Of a stretch of 64,000 bases of DNA, positions 37,671 to 51,859 are shown in pieces. Origin of the DNA: Octopus vulgaris (lineage: Eukaryota); assembly GCA_951406725.2 (NCBI GenBank), contig OX597818.1, positions 106,764,001 to 106,828,000 of the forward strand. Direction: 5' to 3'. The position numbers were made by a program, and so were the translations under genes. The notes below the pieces were generated by a model that was not told the DNA's origin, ran no database searches, and saw nothing but the letters and a program-made list of their open reading frames with translations. Every line of letters begins with the position of its first letter. Positions within the stretch are counted from its first letter, which is position 1.

Positions 37671-40600
37671 CGATGATTTTTTGCAGCACTCTACTTTCCA
37701 AAATCCATTTCAACTATGAAAGGCACAGAAATTGTGATAATATTACAAGTGAAAGAATCTTTTTTGTTCTACGATACTTGATGAATAAAACATGAAGGAA
37801 CCATTTGATATCAGTTTGATATCAAAAGACTCTGAAGATATCAGTTATATCGTTGGCTTATAACATATCATTAGGTTTAGTTATAAAATTCCACTTGGTT
37901 TCAGGTGGTTTCATAGAAATGATGGATCACTCTTTCTCAGAATCTTCAACCTACATCAAACCCAGATGGAGTCAGTGGGAAAAAGTGACATTTCTTCTTT
38001 AAAACCTTAAACTTCTCTATTACAGTTGCTGCACACTTAAAAACCGGTTGGGACTTAAAAACATATAAACTTCAATTTACAAGTCTTATGAAAAAGAGAA
38101 AAGGGAAAAATTTTATCATCATCATCATCATTATCATCGTTGTCATCATCACCATCATCACCATCACCATCATTATTGCAGCCGCCGGGATTGACATCAG
38201 ATTGTAGACTGTTTAACATAGTTAGATTTTAAAGAGAATCTCGAAACCACTGCTCCACAATCTCAGAAATTCCTTCCATAATGATTTAAGTATCTGTATG
38301 ACTTCTCTGACAACATATGTCTATTTGTTTTAATTAGGGAAATGACTGATTGGATGTTTAGAATAGAAACCATTCTAAGCTGTGCCCAGTGACAACACCA
38401 TGGAAGTTTCATGTCAAGGATTCATTGCCACTTATCCTTAACTGAGAAAATGTTCATATTATGAAATCTTTCGATGTGTTAGGCCAGAGCTATTCAAATA
38501 AATCCTAGCAAACATACAGCTTAATATCTTTGGTCTTGTATAAACCACCTTAACCAATATAAGATTGTTTTTGACTTAGGGTTGGGCAGACCATTCTGGG
38601 AAGCTTCCTTCATTAATTTTTCTAAGCACTTTTCTGAAGAACTCTCATCACCACCATTTGAGCGGTATGTCCATTCTTCCTACCATTTTGCCGATTATCT
38701 CATTAATCTATCAACAGTAATCCCTTTAACTCTATCTTTGATTCTCATTGCTTTACTTGAGGTCACCTTTATTAAGTTTTTATCAGTTCCATTTTATTTT
38801 ACCATCCCTGCTTTTAATCTCATTTTTAATCCTATTTTTAAGAGCTATTTTGATTTCTTTAAAAAAATCTGTATTTTATAAGTTTATGAATTTACATTTA
38901 CAAATAAATTTTCATATATTTATAATTTTTTACCATGTTTTCTTTCACATATTTTTTACATAGATATTTTTCATGAGATAAAAAATTTTTGCAAAAAGCA
39001 TTTTATTTATCACTTTTACAATCATCTATGTCACCTTTTAAGATTCATCAGCTAATTCCATTTATTTCCTATCTTTCCTGCACAGTTCATTAATTACCCA
39101 TTGACTTAATGTAACACATCATGCTTTCATGTTTTCTAATATGCATCATTCTATCAGTATCACATTAGAATATGGTTTAGTTATTCATTGAGCATGCATC
39201 AGTGTGAAGCAGTGTATGTGAAAGTGTGCACACATACGCATGTGGGTGAAGAACAGAATCAAAATGGGAATATGAAGAATAAGAAGACATTTTTATTATT
39301 TTACAAATTTGTATTTTATCAGTTTTTATAGTTTTATATTTCTATGAATTTATGATTTTAATCACGTTTTAAATCTGTTTTTCAATGGACAAAGAAAGAT
39401 TTTTTTTAAGGACCATATATTTTTAGCAACAAAGTAAAAATACTTTATTTACCAAACAATCAAACAGAAAATAGAAAGACAGGACGATTCTTTCCTCACT
39501 GTGTCAAATTAGGACCCAGGATTATTTTCAAGCATTTTGCAATTTTTTACTTTTTTAGAGAAGAAGATATTTTTACTGGTTGTACTTAATCCAGCATTCG
39601 CTACCATCTGAAGATTAGAAATGGAAAACATGGAGAAATGGTTTGCAAAATTTTCACTTTGCCATATATAAAAAAATTAAAACTCTGCAAGACACATTCT
39701 AAACTCATTTTTTACCTTCTTGTTCATATCATTCTTTAGGTGTGATTCTTGATATCTTATATGTAGATATCTGTCTGTCTGTGAATTTGTATCCATGTCT
39801 GCAGTATTGTTTGTGATGTAAAGACTGATGTGATATTCTGTAACTAATCAGTTCAACAAACAGAGATTGACAAATGCAAGACTGAAAGAAGCCCTGGGTG
39901 TTGCAATGATCCTTAAACTTTTGCAGTTGATGCTTCAGTATGGCCACAACCCAATGACTGAAAGAATAATATATTTGTTCTGACCGGATCAAAAGTATTC
40001 CAATTCTGAGCATAAATTTTTTTTCCAGAGGAATTGAGGACCACATCATCCAATATATCTTTCACTGTTTTTCTTGAAATAAGGAGATTTGAGGGTGAAG
40101 GGTTGACTGCTATTTCTAGCTGTTCAAATAGTTGCATATAAACTCCCACATCAGCTTCATTATATGTTGTTTATATAGCAATGTTTATCCAACAAGCAAT
40201 AACAATGCCCTGCATTTATGTCATCAGCCATAGTATCACCAAACTTGAAATTCAGCTCTAATATCTAAACCTGACCAAAAGGATATTGCTGGAATTGGCA
40301 ATCTGACAGGATTCTTGCTCCAACAACAACAACAACATCCCAATCATCAGTGTTTTGACGAACCGCACTGACTGCAGTTTCATCAATGATGCTCTGCTGC
40401 AACCGTGACTGCTGTCATTTGTCTTGAGTGCTACTAGATTGCTACTAATTCATTGTTGTACTAATCACAGTTTCAACATTGGTGCTTCAGTGAAACTCTG
40501 ACTGTTTTAATGCTAGTCTCATTGATATACTAACAACTAAATCAGAATGCAATAATTTCTGGATTGACTACAGTTTCAGTGACATCTTTTTTCATCTTAA

Positions 40601-40689
40601 TTCAGTCTTCCTTACAATCTCCATCTATTCTCTTCTTAAACACTGATGACAGGATTTTGATGCATAATTGCCTCCTTGACCATAATTCA

Positions 40690-41336
40690 TTATCATCATC
40701 ATCATCGTTTAACGTCCGCTTCCCATGCTAGCATGGGTTGGACGATTTGACTGAGGTCTGGTGAACCAGATGGCTGCACCAGGCTCCAAGCTGATCTGGC
40801 AGTGTTTCTACAGCTGAATGCCCTTCCTAACGCCAACCACTCTGAGAGTGTAGTGGGTGCTTTTATGTGCCAGTTAGGTGGTACTGGCAATGGCCATGCT
40901 CAAATGGTGCTTTTTATGTGCCACCTGCACAGGAACCAGTCCAGCGGCACTGGCAACGACCTCGTTTGAATGTTTTTTTTCACGTGCCACCAGCACAAGT
41001 GCTAGTAAGGTGATGCAGGTAAAAATCATGCTCGAATGGTGTTTTTAATGTGCCATCGGCACAGAGGCCAGCTTCTTGCTCTGGCAACGATCTTACTCAT
41101 ATGGTACTCTTAGCGCTCCACTAGCAACGGATGCCAGTCACTGAGTTTGATTTCGATTTCAATTCCACTTGCCTCAACAGGTCTTCGAAAGCAGAGTTTA
41201 GTGTCCAATGAAGGAAAGGCATGCATAAGTGGACTGGTTACACCCCTGACATAGGCCAAGAAGGTTATGGTCTCACTTGCGCTTGCCGAGTCTTCTCAAG
41301 CACAGCATATTTCCAGAGGTCCCGGTCACTTTCATT
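40690..41336 (-). mobile_element. RTE 3' UTR (family C) reaching the last RT codons; five internal modules
   Basis: Minus strand reads SDRDLWKYAVLEKTRQA at about 41280-41330; (CAT)n tail on the left. Confidence 0.9.
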
Positions 41337-42335
41337 TCTATTCCTATCAAAGATCAACAGCAAACCTAATTTCACTACAACACTGACCTTAGTTTTGGGG
41401 TGGGGCTCACAGAGACTAAGTTTAGTAAAAAGAAGGAATTAATGCCAGCTGAATAGTGACAATAATTCTCAATGTTAGACCAGACTCTATAGACGAAGAC
41501 TAATGAATTTTTTTATCATTACTCCATCATTATATAACTAAATCACGGCACTGCTTCATCTCATAATCACCTTTCCACTGTACCGTTCTATAGAAGCACT
41601 GTGTGCTCTCCCTAACAGATAATATATGGCATCAAGAGACTTTCTCAGATATCTCACTTGCAAAAGAAAAAATATTCAACTTAATCAAAACCAAAGCAAT
41701 CACCAAAGTGAAATTATTTTCATATTTCAATCTTTGTTAAGTTAATTAAAATGCAGACCATCTTGTCAATGATTAAGTTAATTAAAACACAGATCAACTT
41801 GCCACTGATTAAGTGACAGAAGATGAAAGAAATAAAGCATTTAATTAATCCCGTTGTTTTGGTGTATAATTGTTGACAGAAAATTTTGTCTCCAAGAAAC
41901 CTTATTATCTCTCATGAAAATGGTATTAGAGAACAAGGGTGCTCATTGGTTAAAGAGGTGTCTTTTATGAAGAATATGCTGCAAGAGAGAAACTGTATTC
42001 TTAATGATCAAATTGATCAAATGATGATGATGGTTTATTTCGTATCATTGTAATGATGTTTAATTATTTATGATATGGCTTACATCAACTTACAGAAAAA
42101 TACTTTCGTGAGTTATTAGGGTTCATCGAAAGATGTAAGGGAAGCTGAACAGTAATGTTGGGTCGTTTGCAATTTTGTAAGCTTTCTCATGGGTTTGGTG
42201 AAGATAAGAAGAACACACTCCTGCATCTGTTTTGGAAATGGAATCTTCAGGAGTTCTTCATTAGATGAATGGAGCATGTGACTTTATAAACTAATGCATG
42301 AAGGAAGAAGACACAGAGAAGAGAATGGGATATCT

Positions 42336-42369
<34 letters not shown>

Positions 42370-43670
42370 AAGAGAGAAGGAGAGAGGGAAGCATAGGAAA
42401 AGCGAGGTAAGCGATGTGTTTTGGATAAGGGACAGAAAATGGCACAGAATCATTATCTTCCATTTAAAATCATTTGTAGGGATAGAAAATAGTATCAGAG
42501 ATAAGTCAAAAGATAAGAAGAAAATAGCATGAGAGATGTCTCAAAGTGGTGTATCAATGAAAGAAAATGAAATTCTTCTTCTGTTTCTTATACTTTTTGG
42601 TGTATAATTTACTGAAGCATTAAGTTATAGATTTCTCAAGTTCATTATTGAAAAAGCATTGCAATTACTGTAACATAATTAGCATGATATGAAACATATC
42701 ACACCTAATTTTTTCTGTATAAGCTAGACTATATTTACCAATATAATTAATTGTAATTACCAAATCACTGAATGGGTGGTACTTACCAATACACACCAAC
42801 AGTTGATGTAAACTGTGTTGCTGTGAAACAATATCACCAGATTTGTCTGTAAATAGTTGAAAGGCAATACTTCTTAACACAATAACCTAACAGCCATTGT
42901 TTGCTATTTCCATCAGCAACTGGACTGATTCTATAAAAGTCAGATCATAATTTCACTTGGTAGGGCAGCAGAAGTTAATTTCCATTCAGGTCTTGTGGAA
43001 TACAATCGGATAGTTTTGGTTTTGAAATTCTTTGTTATTTTGTGAGAAAATATCTTCCAGAAAAACAAATATGTTGCAACATTCCAATTAAAAGTTCCTG
43101 AAACCACAAGGATAAATAATTATGTAGCAGCAACGAAATTTAAGATTTCAGAGAAACTTCTAGAGTGACTGGCAAAAAATATTGAACAAAAAGCAGGAAA
43201 TACAAAAAAAAAAAAGGAGCGTTCTGACTGAGGCCAGTCTTGCAAATGGCCAGAATTGGGGAAGAAAGTTGGTGATTGATATTTAGAAATGGTCAAGATG
43301 CAAAAAAAGTATAACTCATGGATACTTTTAAATCTATGAGGAAAACGAATCAGGGAAAGTTGGAATTTTAGATTTTAAGATAAGCAGAACTAGATTGTAT
43401 TCAAGATTGATGAGATGGTATGGTTTTTCTGAGACTGAATTTTGGACAAAATTAGTGAGAAGATGGCTGTAAGTATTGGAAACGTGGACAAAACACTTTA
43501 ATCTTGACAGGCCAAAGAAATGAACAATGAACTAAATAGGAAAGAAGACACTACCTGTAAAAGGTACACGTCTTGATATAAGCAGATTATCTTTGGTATA
43601 ATGCACTTGTTAGATGTTAATACAGCATTTAATGACAGGACAAAGATGGAATGGAGTAACCGTATATATG

Positions 43671-43810
43671 ATGGTTGGCGTTAGGAAGCTGTAGAAACCT
43701 TGCCAGGTCAGATTGGAGCCTGGTGCAGCCAACTGGCTTTCCAAATCCCAGTCAAACCGTCCAACCCATGCCAGCATGGAAAACGGACGTTAAACAATGA
43801 GGATGATGAT
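43671..43810 (+). mobile_element. Family C short 3' end
   Basis: tggttggcgttaggaag...ccgtccaacccatgccagcatggaaaacggacgttaaac. Confidence 0.85.
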
Positions 43811-43997
43811 ATATACATAAGCAAACTAGCTAGTTAGAAAATCTTTATAACAGATGAAAGTAGTACCTATATTGATAACCAGCTGGAGGAGGTTTCCTCT
43901 TTGGGTTAAAAATGGTAGTAGCATTAGTTTGTACAGAGCAGCCATGTTGAAGTGGTGACAAACATTACTTCTCATCCTCACACGCACACACACACAC

Positions 43998-44488
43998 ATA
44001 ATAATAATAATGAAATTATTGTATACAGTGCTCAGGTGCACCACAACTTGTCAGAAAGTGCATATAAAGTACATGCAGTAATGTAGAAATGTCTGGAAAG
44101 TGAACATGCTTGTGTGTGTATGGAGGGGAGAAAATCAAGTGTAGTGTTGGCGAATCTCAGGAAGCATGGAAGTTTTGAAGGATGCAGTGCTCCGACAACT
44201 AACAACCGATGCCGGCAGTTTGTTCCACGCTTCAGCAACTCTCAGCGTGAAAAAATGTTTCCTGAAGTCATGGGAGCTGTGCTGTTTTCTTACTTTGTAA
44301 ATATGTCCACGGGTGTTAGATGGATGGAGTTTGAAGAGGTGCTCAGAGTTATTGTTTGTACGATGGTTGATAATTTTATGGGTGTCTGCCAAGTCAGCTG
44401 CCAGACGTCGGAGTTTCAATGTGTCCATGCCCAGGGAAGTAAGGCATTCAGGATATGGCAAATGCCTGATGGAGGGTATTCTTTTGTA
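43998..44488 (-). mobile_element. 5'-truncated CR1-clade LINE (RT C-terminus, 3' UTR, (ATT)n tail)
   Basis: LGMDTLKLRRLAADL...TRGHIYKV...RKHFFTLRVAEAWNKLPASVV is the hallmark CR1 end. Confidence 0.9.
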
Positions 44489-45644
44489 AAGTCATAGCAC
44501 CAAGTTTATTACATCTTTGACTTGTTGTGCTGCCATGATCATGTGTTTCTATCTATAGATGACTCCTAGCACATATTTAAACTCAGCACTTTATATTCCG
44601 TCTGTAGAGTGTTTCAATACACTTTCCTACAATTTCTCTTGGACAGGAATAAAGTAATTAACTGCTTGATTCCTTTGTCTGTCTCAAACTTATATATCAA
44701 CAAATTCTATAGATTGTATGGTTAAACAAGTTACTCTGTTGATAAAATGAACGGTCACTCATACATTTAAATGTCCTGCAAAGTAATCTGAGGTAATTAA
44801 TTCTATACTTTCTTTAAAGTAGTACAATTTAGGTAAACTTTTCCCAGGCACAAAGCCATAGCCTTGACTACCTGTTGAGTTGTTGTGCACTCTCCATGTT
44901 TTAAATATCTTGTTTTAAAGAATTGAAAATTATACTTCCTAATTCATGTGTGTATATATATTACACACATGCACACACACACACACACACACACAGCACT
45001 GCCAACCAAAATGTGTCTGTATCATTAAATAATGTTTGATAAAAAAAAAAAAGTCCTATGAATCAATCAATGAAAGAAAACCAATTATTGATTACTGATC
45101 GCTTCTTTTACAGTTTATTATCACCAATTATAGTCTTGAAGAAAAAATGATCACATCTATAACTTTGGTCACTCAACTTTTATGACAAGAATTAAGAGAT
45201 TCCTTAGAATATTTCTTTACCACAGACTTTAACGAACATTATCTATATATATATTTTCTTTTTTGTATTAAGAATTCTAAAGCTTTTGGTAATATGATGT
45301 ATTTGTAAAGCCATATGGGGAAACTTGAAAAGTTACAATGCACAGCGGTTATTTATTGGGCCTCTTATCTCCTACTTTGATGATAACTTCTGTTGATGAT
45401 TGGATATCATGGAAATATATGTCATTACGCTCCATAGATTTTATTGCTAGTTCTAATTTTTGTCAGTTGGGCAACATCTTCTTGCTAACTGGTTAGTTTA
45501 ACTTGCATCATTCTCCGAGTGCATATCTCTTGACTGTCTCATCCACTGGCAAGAGAATGCACTCGTTTGAGTTAAACACCATCGTTTAACCGTATTAAAT
45601 ACAGTTATCTCTGTGTATGCATGGGTGAGTGTGTGTATGAATAC

Positions 45645-46070
45645 ATCATCATCCTCATCATCATCATCATCATCACCATTGCCATCGTAATTTAATGTCT
45701 GTTTTCCATACTAGCATGGATTGGACAGTTTGACAGAAGCTAGCAAGCCAAAGAGCTGTACCTGGCTCCAAGCTGTCTGTTTTGGAATGGTTCCTTTTTC
45801 TGCTGGACTCCCTTCCTAATGCCAACCACTTTACAGATTGCACTAGGCGCTTCTTATGTGGCGCTTGCAAGGATGTGGCAAACAACCATTTTCTGTGCTG
45901 CTATTGATTGGATGGTTTGATAGGATCTGGGCTGTATTGTACCCCGTGTCCGTTTTGGCTGGTTTCTATGGCTGGATGTCCTTTCTAATGCCAACCACTT
46001 TACAGTGTGTATAGGGTGCTTTTGTTTTGTGCCACCAGCACCAGTGAGGTGGTTAAGTAACTCGCAAGCC
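45645..46070 (-). mobile_element. Two tandem older family C 3' ends
   Basis: Two ctaatgccaaccactttacag segments; (CAT)n tail at 45645-45675. Confidence 0.7.
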
Positions 46071-46879
46071 AGGAAAGAAGAAATAAAAACAAAAAGAGAA
46101 AAAGTGAAAAGGAGGAAAATCCCTCTTGATTAAGTGGTGGAGGGGAGATTATTTGAACAGGAAAGAGAGGTGGATTCTACACCTGAGATAAGCAGAGGTG
46201 TCTTGCAGTTGAGAGGATATAAATCTACCCTACATTATATAAGGGTGGTTGGGAGTATCTGGGAAAAAAGTTAAGATGGTAGTGTTAGGGTGCCCCAGAT
46301 AATCTCAAAGAGTCAGAAATGATAAGGGCAGTGGAATAGGAAGGCAGTCATTTGAGTGTGAGTGAAAGGTAAGAGATGGAGTGAGAGGTGAATGAAGTGG
46401 AAGATGAAGAGGGGTGGAGGTGTAGCTTGATGGGAAATAAGAGTATGATGGGTGGGTAAGGTGAAAGAGGTAGGAGTAGTTCAGGGATGATGGTTCAGTA
46501 GAGACTGATCGAGTAAGATGTAGGAGTGAGGATGGTGAGGTAGAGATACATAAGGAGTAGTTGTAGTGAGTGGGTGTGGTGGCAGGCATGAGATGGAGCT
46601 GGAAAGGATAGGAAATATGTGAGATGTTAAGATGAAGAGATGAGGCAGAGGAGAAGGGAGAGGATAGGATAGGTGAAGGAATGATAAGGGTAGAAGTGGA
46701 GGAAAGGCAGTAACTGGTAGCATAAAGAGTTGGGAGATGTTATAAGTGTCATCCATGAAGGATTGGAGATGAGATGTGAGGAATGCTTGAAGGGGGAGTA
46801 TGAGTGTAGGGACAGAGCCCAGCAGGTACAAGCATAGACAAGATGTGCTTAAGTCCACCCATTTGCTGAGATGGTCTTC

Positions 46880-47560
46880 TGAGGCTCATCAAGTTGCACC
46901 TCACCTCAGTCCTTTGTCATCTCCTCCATGATGCTCAACATCCTGAAATCAACCTCCACTTCTTTGTCCTATGTCTTCCTGCATCTCCCTCTTTCACAAG
47001 CTCATTTTAATTTATGGGATTAGGACCTCATATTGCAGCTTTACTCACCCACACACATCATGAGATGAAACCATTGCAGTCTTCTCTCTTACACACTGCA
47101 TCTGATTTCTCTTGCACCTAAATCTTTTCTCTCATTACATTAACACTTCATCATACATGCACACTGACATTGCGTATCCAATGAAACATACTAGCTTCAT
47201 TCCTCTCTAGTCTTTGCATATCCTCTACATTCAGGGTCCATGTTTCACTATCATGTAGCATCATATAATTTTACTTTCACTCAGTGAGATAGAGAGACCT
47301 TTCCTTGTTAACAGAAGTAGCAATTCTCTAAACTTTCTCCATCTTATTCTTATGCTAGTAACTATCCTTTCAGAACATCCTCCACTACTGCTAATCAGGT
47401 CACCTAAGCAACAGAAATTATCTACTGCCTCCGGGGATCGTCCTGAGTATTTAAGAAAATCTATTTATCACGTGTCCTTAGCGTTCATTACTCCTGACCA
47501 TCCTCTACATAGAAACACTATTTCTTTATCAACCATCCTGCGATTTCATTGCATCTCTTG
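46880..47560 (-). mobile_element. Degenerate RTE RT C-terminal region
   Basis: Minus strand reads EAVDNFCCLGDLISSGG, WRKFRELLLLL, NVEDMQRLERNEASMFHWIRNVSV and ERRLQWF. The purine-rich 46100-46810 may be its 3' UTR. Confidence 0.75.
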
Positions 47561-47582
47561 TGTGTTCATAGCTTGCACTGGA

Positions 47583-47806
47583 CATCATCATCATCGTTTA
47601 ATGTCCGTTTTCCATGCTAGCATGGGTTGGACGATTTTGACTGAGGGCTGGCGAACCAGATGGCCGCACCAGGCTCCAATCTTGATCTGGCAGAGTTTCT
47701 ACAGCTGGATGCCCTTCTTAATGCCAACCACTCCGAGAATGTAGTGGGTGCTTTTTACATGCCACCGGCACGGGGCCAGTCAGTCGGTACTGGCAATGAC
47801 CTCGCT
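47583..47806 (-). mobile_element. Family C copy, young
   Basis: catcatcatcatcgtttaatgtccgttttccatgctagcatgggttggacg... Confidence 0.85.
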
Positions 47807-49024
47807 GAAATTACTGCCTCCACCTGTTCCACATATCGAGCCAGAGAGACATATCTATTTCCAGATAAGATTGTCCGGACTTTATCAGTGAGGGAGGGGA
47901 TTATGTTGTTATTGCCTTTTAACCTCAGGAAGCCACGATCAAGTAGACTTATGAACACAAACATTCTAAGTTATATAAAACTACCATTATGAAAATGACT
48001 CTTGTGCTTTCAAGACGGCTGGCCATATGTGATCAAACAACCAGAGATTAACCTCTTTGTTGAATTAAAATATTTTGGAGTAACTTGTTTTGATGAACTG
48101 TTTTGTAGCAGAAGGGTTAAGTTTTTTATGCAAAAAGTATAAGGGCCACAAAGAAAGTAAAATAAGAGAAATTGAGATATGAAATTGGGGCATAGACTGA
48201 TTTTATCATGAAGTTACTGTCCATTGTACGATGCTTAATAAGGTGATATAAAATTATTAAGAAATGGAATAAAAAGAGCTTCTCTCATGGATTGAAGTGG
48301 TCAGATAACGAGTTAGTAATAGCAGTGTATGTGGGGGGGAGTAGTGCTGAAAGGTGGAATATTGAGTTCTTAATGAATTACTGATTCAAGTGTGGTTGAA
48401 ATGACAGGAGCTGATTAATGAGAAAGTGATATTTGTTGGAATTAGAACTGGTGGTGGTGGTGGTGAGCCAACAGGTGGCCTGTGTGGGGAAGAGGGTGAG
48501 GTGACCAATAGAAAGATGGTGGATAAGTTTTGGAACAAAGTAGAGGAAGAGGAGACGAGCCAGACAGAATGTGGAGACTAGTTTACAGATAAAATTGAAA
48601 AAATGAGTTGATATAATAACAGAATGTCTAATTTTGTGAAATGTCTGTTCCCAGATGGTAAATAATCTTATTTATTAATTAGCATAATTGGCAAACTACT
48701 CATGTCTATAATGATTACACAAGAAAAAAAAACAAACAAACAATGAAAATAAAAACAAAATAGAGCAAAAAAAGAGGGAAAAGACTAGAGTTACATTTTG
48801 ATATGAAATAGAAAGAAGACATTATTTACAATAATGAACTTAGAGTTTGTTGCTTATAAAACTTATTGTTGTAATATTATTTTTATTGTGTATTAGATAT
48901 AATATAAAACAAATAATGAACTCTGTTATTTTTTTGGTGAAGTTGATGCTGTTGATCATAGCAATGGTGGTTGTGATGTTGCTGCTGTTGCTGGTGATGA
49001 TGATGATGATGATGATGATGATGG

Positions 49025-49296
49025 CTCTCTGTTGGTTAAAGTGATGAGGGTTCTAGCAGACCTGATCAATGGAACAGCCTGCTCATGGAGCTAACGTGTG
49101 AGTTGGCTGAGCGTTCCACAGACACCTGTATCCTTAATGGAGTTCTCGGGGAGATTCAGTGCGACACAGAAACAGTAAGGCTGGCCCATTGAATTACAGG
49201 TACAACTCAATTATGCTTGAACTGGAGCAATGGGATTGAACCTGTGACCTAACAATCATGAGCTGAATACTCTAAACACCAAGCCATGTGCCTTCA
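49025..49296 (-). mobile_element. SINE family D
   Basis: gatcaatggaacagcctgct...ccacagacac...ggctggccc shared with 16670-16993. Confidence 0.75.
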
Positions 49297-50068
49297 CAAT
49301 GATGATGATGATGATGACAGCGACTGAAATGGTAATGGTGGTACTAGGGATGTGATTATGGTGATCTTTCTGCTGCTGCAGTTGCTGCAGTTACTAATGA
49401 TGATGAAGGTGATGGTGGTGGTGGTGGGAATTAACTGCAGGCCCTCAATCTGCACCCACTTCTGCCATGTTTCCTCTCCAATCATCAATATACAATAATT
49501 CAAACCAAACCCTTTACAACCATTTAATATTCCTCTCCACCAAAACGCAACATTGAAATCTCCTCTGAATAAACCTGACACATAACAGAAAGGCAAATGC
49601 CTCAATCTTCGAATCTCTAAAGCACTTGACACCCAAACCTGAAAACAACAGCTCATCTCCTATCACTGTCAATGCTTTAATATTAAGGTCCTCAACAGCG
49701 CAGGACATTTCACCTTCCCACGGCTCTTGAGAACTTATTGCTCTTCTGCTTTGATGTAAACAAGAGAAAAGCATTATATCATGAAACATGACTAAGCAGC
49801 AGGAATTTATATCAACAGTGCTTCGACCCTCATTGGACAGTTATCATAAAAACGTGGACATGAATCACCTCATCTCAAACGATTTCTTGCTTTGATGATA
49901 GAGGTTCTTCTATATAATTTTATCAATGCCAATGCATACTCATATGTACACAAATGGCCATTTTATATAAAACACCATCATCGTACATATACATAAATAT
50001 ATATATGTCATCATCATCATCGTATATATACATATATATATACTTCATTTAAAAGCAGTTTTGTTTTT

Positions 50069-50121
50069 AACAAAACTGTTCGATAAACAGGAACGTGAAA
50101 CTCTGAGTAACAGCTTTTGTT
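50069..50121 (+). ncRNA. Minimal type I hammerhead-ribozyme-like motif, variant core (U3-A8, C4)
   Basis: Stem I aacaaaactgt / acag(c)ttttgtt; core UCGAUAA; stem II ac-aggaac-gt; GAAA; quasi-palindromic stem III actc-t-gagt; GUA site at 50107-50109. Confidence 0.55.
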
Positions 50122-50218
50122 ATATTTCTGCTAGTTTTAAATAAATCATACTACTCTACCTCTGGTATTTGAGTACTATTTTTTCTACCTTGTTTCACAT
50201 TTATGTGCTTACTCCAGT

Positions 50219-50261
<43 letters not shown>

Positions 50262-50292
<31 letters not shown>

Positions 50293-50615
50293 GATGTTTT
50301 CCATGCAATATGCAAGCATGGGTGGTTTGACTAGAGCTGCAGGTTGCACCAGGTTCCAGTCTGATTTAGCTTGGTTTCTATGGCTAAATGCCCCTTTTAA
50401 TGCAAACCACTTTACAGTGTATGCTGGGTGCTTTTTATATGCCACCAGTATGAGCGCTTCCATTTATATCTATATTGGTATCCCCCCCCTCTCTCTCTCT
50501 ATATATATATATATCATCATCATCATTTAACGTCGCTTTCCATGCTAGCATGGGTTGGACGATTTTGACTGAGGGCTGGTGAACCAAATGGCTGCACCAG
50601 TCCCCAATCTTGATT
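50262..50615 (-). mobile_element. Two adjacent family C 3' ends
   Basis: (CAT)n tails at 50262 and 50514, each followed by ttccatgc...gcatggg. Confidence 0.75.
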
Positions 50616-50651
50616 TATATATACACACACAGACATGCATGTATGTATGTA

Positions 50652-50910
50652 AGGGTGCATGGCCAAGTGGTTAGGGTGGTTTCAATTCCGGGTGGGGCAT
50701 TGTGTTCTTAAGCAAAACACTTCATCTCACACTGCTCTGTGATCACTTCGACACCTGACGCATGGCACATCTGTGCACCTGTCGAGACAACATCGATTTG
50801 ATGAAGAGAGTGAGGAGCCAATGTGTGGCACAAGCATTTGATCCCTATAAATGAAGCATTTGTGCAAGATACTGAATGCTCAAACATCATTTTGTTGGCT
50901 GAGTCCATTA
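50652..50910 (+). mobile_element. tRNA-headed SINE with CORE-like middle (distinct tail)
   Basis: gcatggccaagtggttaggg...ttcaattccgg...ttcttaagcaaaacacttcatctcac. Confidence 0.65.
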
Positions 50911-51224
50911 TCCTATGTGTAAATGCATGCATGTATGTATGTATGCACTTATGTGTATATATGCGTGCATGGATATAATTTTCATATTTATTTGTGTGGG
51001 TATGTCTGTATTTAAATATATTGTTGAATTGTTGATATCATAAGAATTTCATAAACTTTCAAAAGAACAAATACATATAAAATGGTAGCATGTAAATTTC
51101 TGTTTGAAAAACCATTTTGCATAGAAAAGAAATGAAAGGTGCCTATGAGACTTGAACCTACATCTCCTGTATATATGACAGGCATTCTACTACTGTATAT
51201 GTAAAAAGAATTGCACACACACAC

Positions 51225-51383
51225 ATATATATGACAGGTTTCTTTCAGTTCCTGTCCACCAAATCCATTCATAAGGTTCCGGTTGGCCCAAGGCTGTAGT
51301 AGAAGACACTTGCTCAAGGTGCTACGCAGTGGGACTGAACCCAAAATCATGTGGTTGGGAAGCAAGCTTCTTACCACACAGTC
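51225..51383 (-). mobile_element. SINE family A, 5' half
   Basis: gtagaagacacttgctcaaggtgc...cttcttaccacacag. Confidence 0.8.
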
Positions 51384-51649
51384 ATTAAATCAATGTTTTA
51401 ATGATTAGACAGAAGTCCAATAGAATAGCTCTGAGAAACAGACTACGTACAAATTTGTTCTTCACAGCTCCCGAAATTATGCTACATAAAGTCTCATTAT
51501 AGCAATTATCTTAGTGAAAGCAAATGAGGTGGAACTTGAGAAACCTAAATTTCTCATTACAATAAAGGAAAAACGATTTTTTGACAACAAACAGCATAGA
51601 ATACTGATTGTGACATAGTTAAAAATTCAGTCACCTTAAAAGTGTATCC

Positions 51650-51859
51650 CGTTCTTTTGGTCCCAACCCATCTGGTTCTGTGAGACACACTTCTTGTTTT
51701 AAAGTGATCTAAATTAAAAACATTTGAGTTTAATGCTAATTTAAGCTTCCAATACCAGCTTAATAGTGGTAAAATTACTTTATTAAATTTTTCGCTATTC
51801 TAAAAATTAATTGAAAGAAAATCTGTACTTCAAAAGAAATAAGGTAACAAAAGGCTTAA
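51650..51859. mobile_element. Degenerate copy of the piggyBac-type MITE
   Basis: Shares ctggttctg, ccagcttaat and aattaattgaaagaaa, and ends gtaacaaaaggc-TTAA like 7630-7853. Confidence 0.55.

Noticed and set aside
40856-41130. CRISPR-like repeat-spacer appearance of family C modules
   Set aside because: The linkers are related to one another, the repeats are degenerate, the array sits in a LINE 3' UTR in animal DNA, and there are no cas genes. It is tandem duplication.
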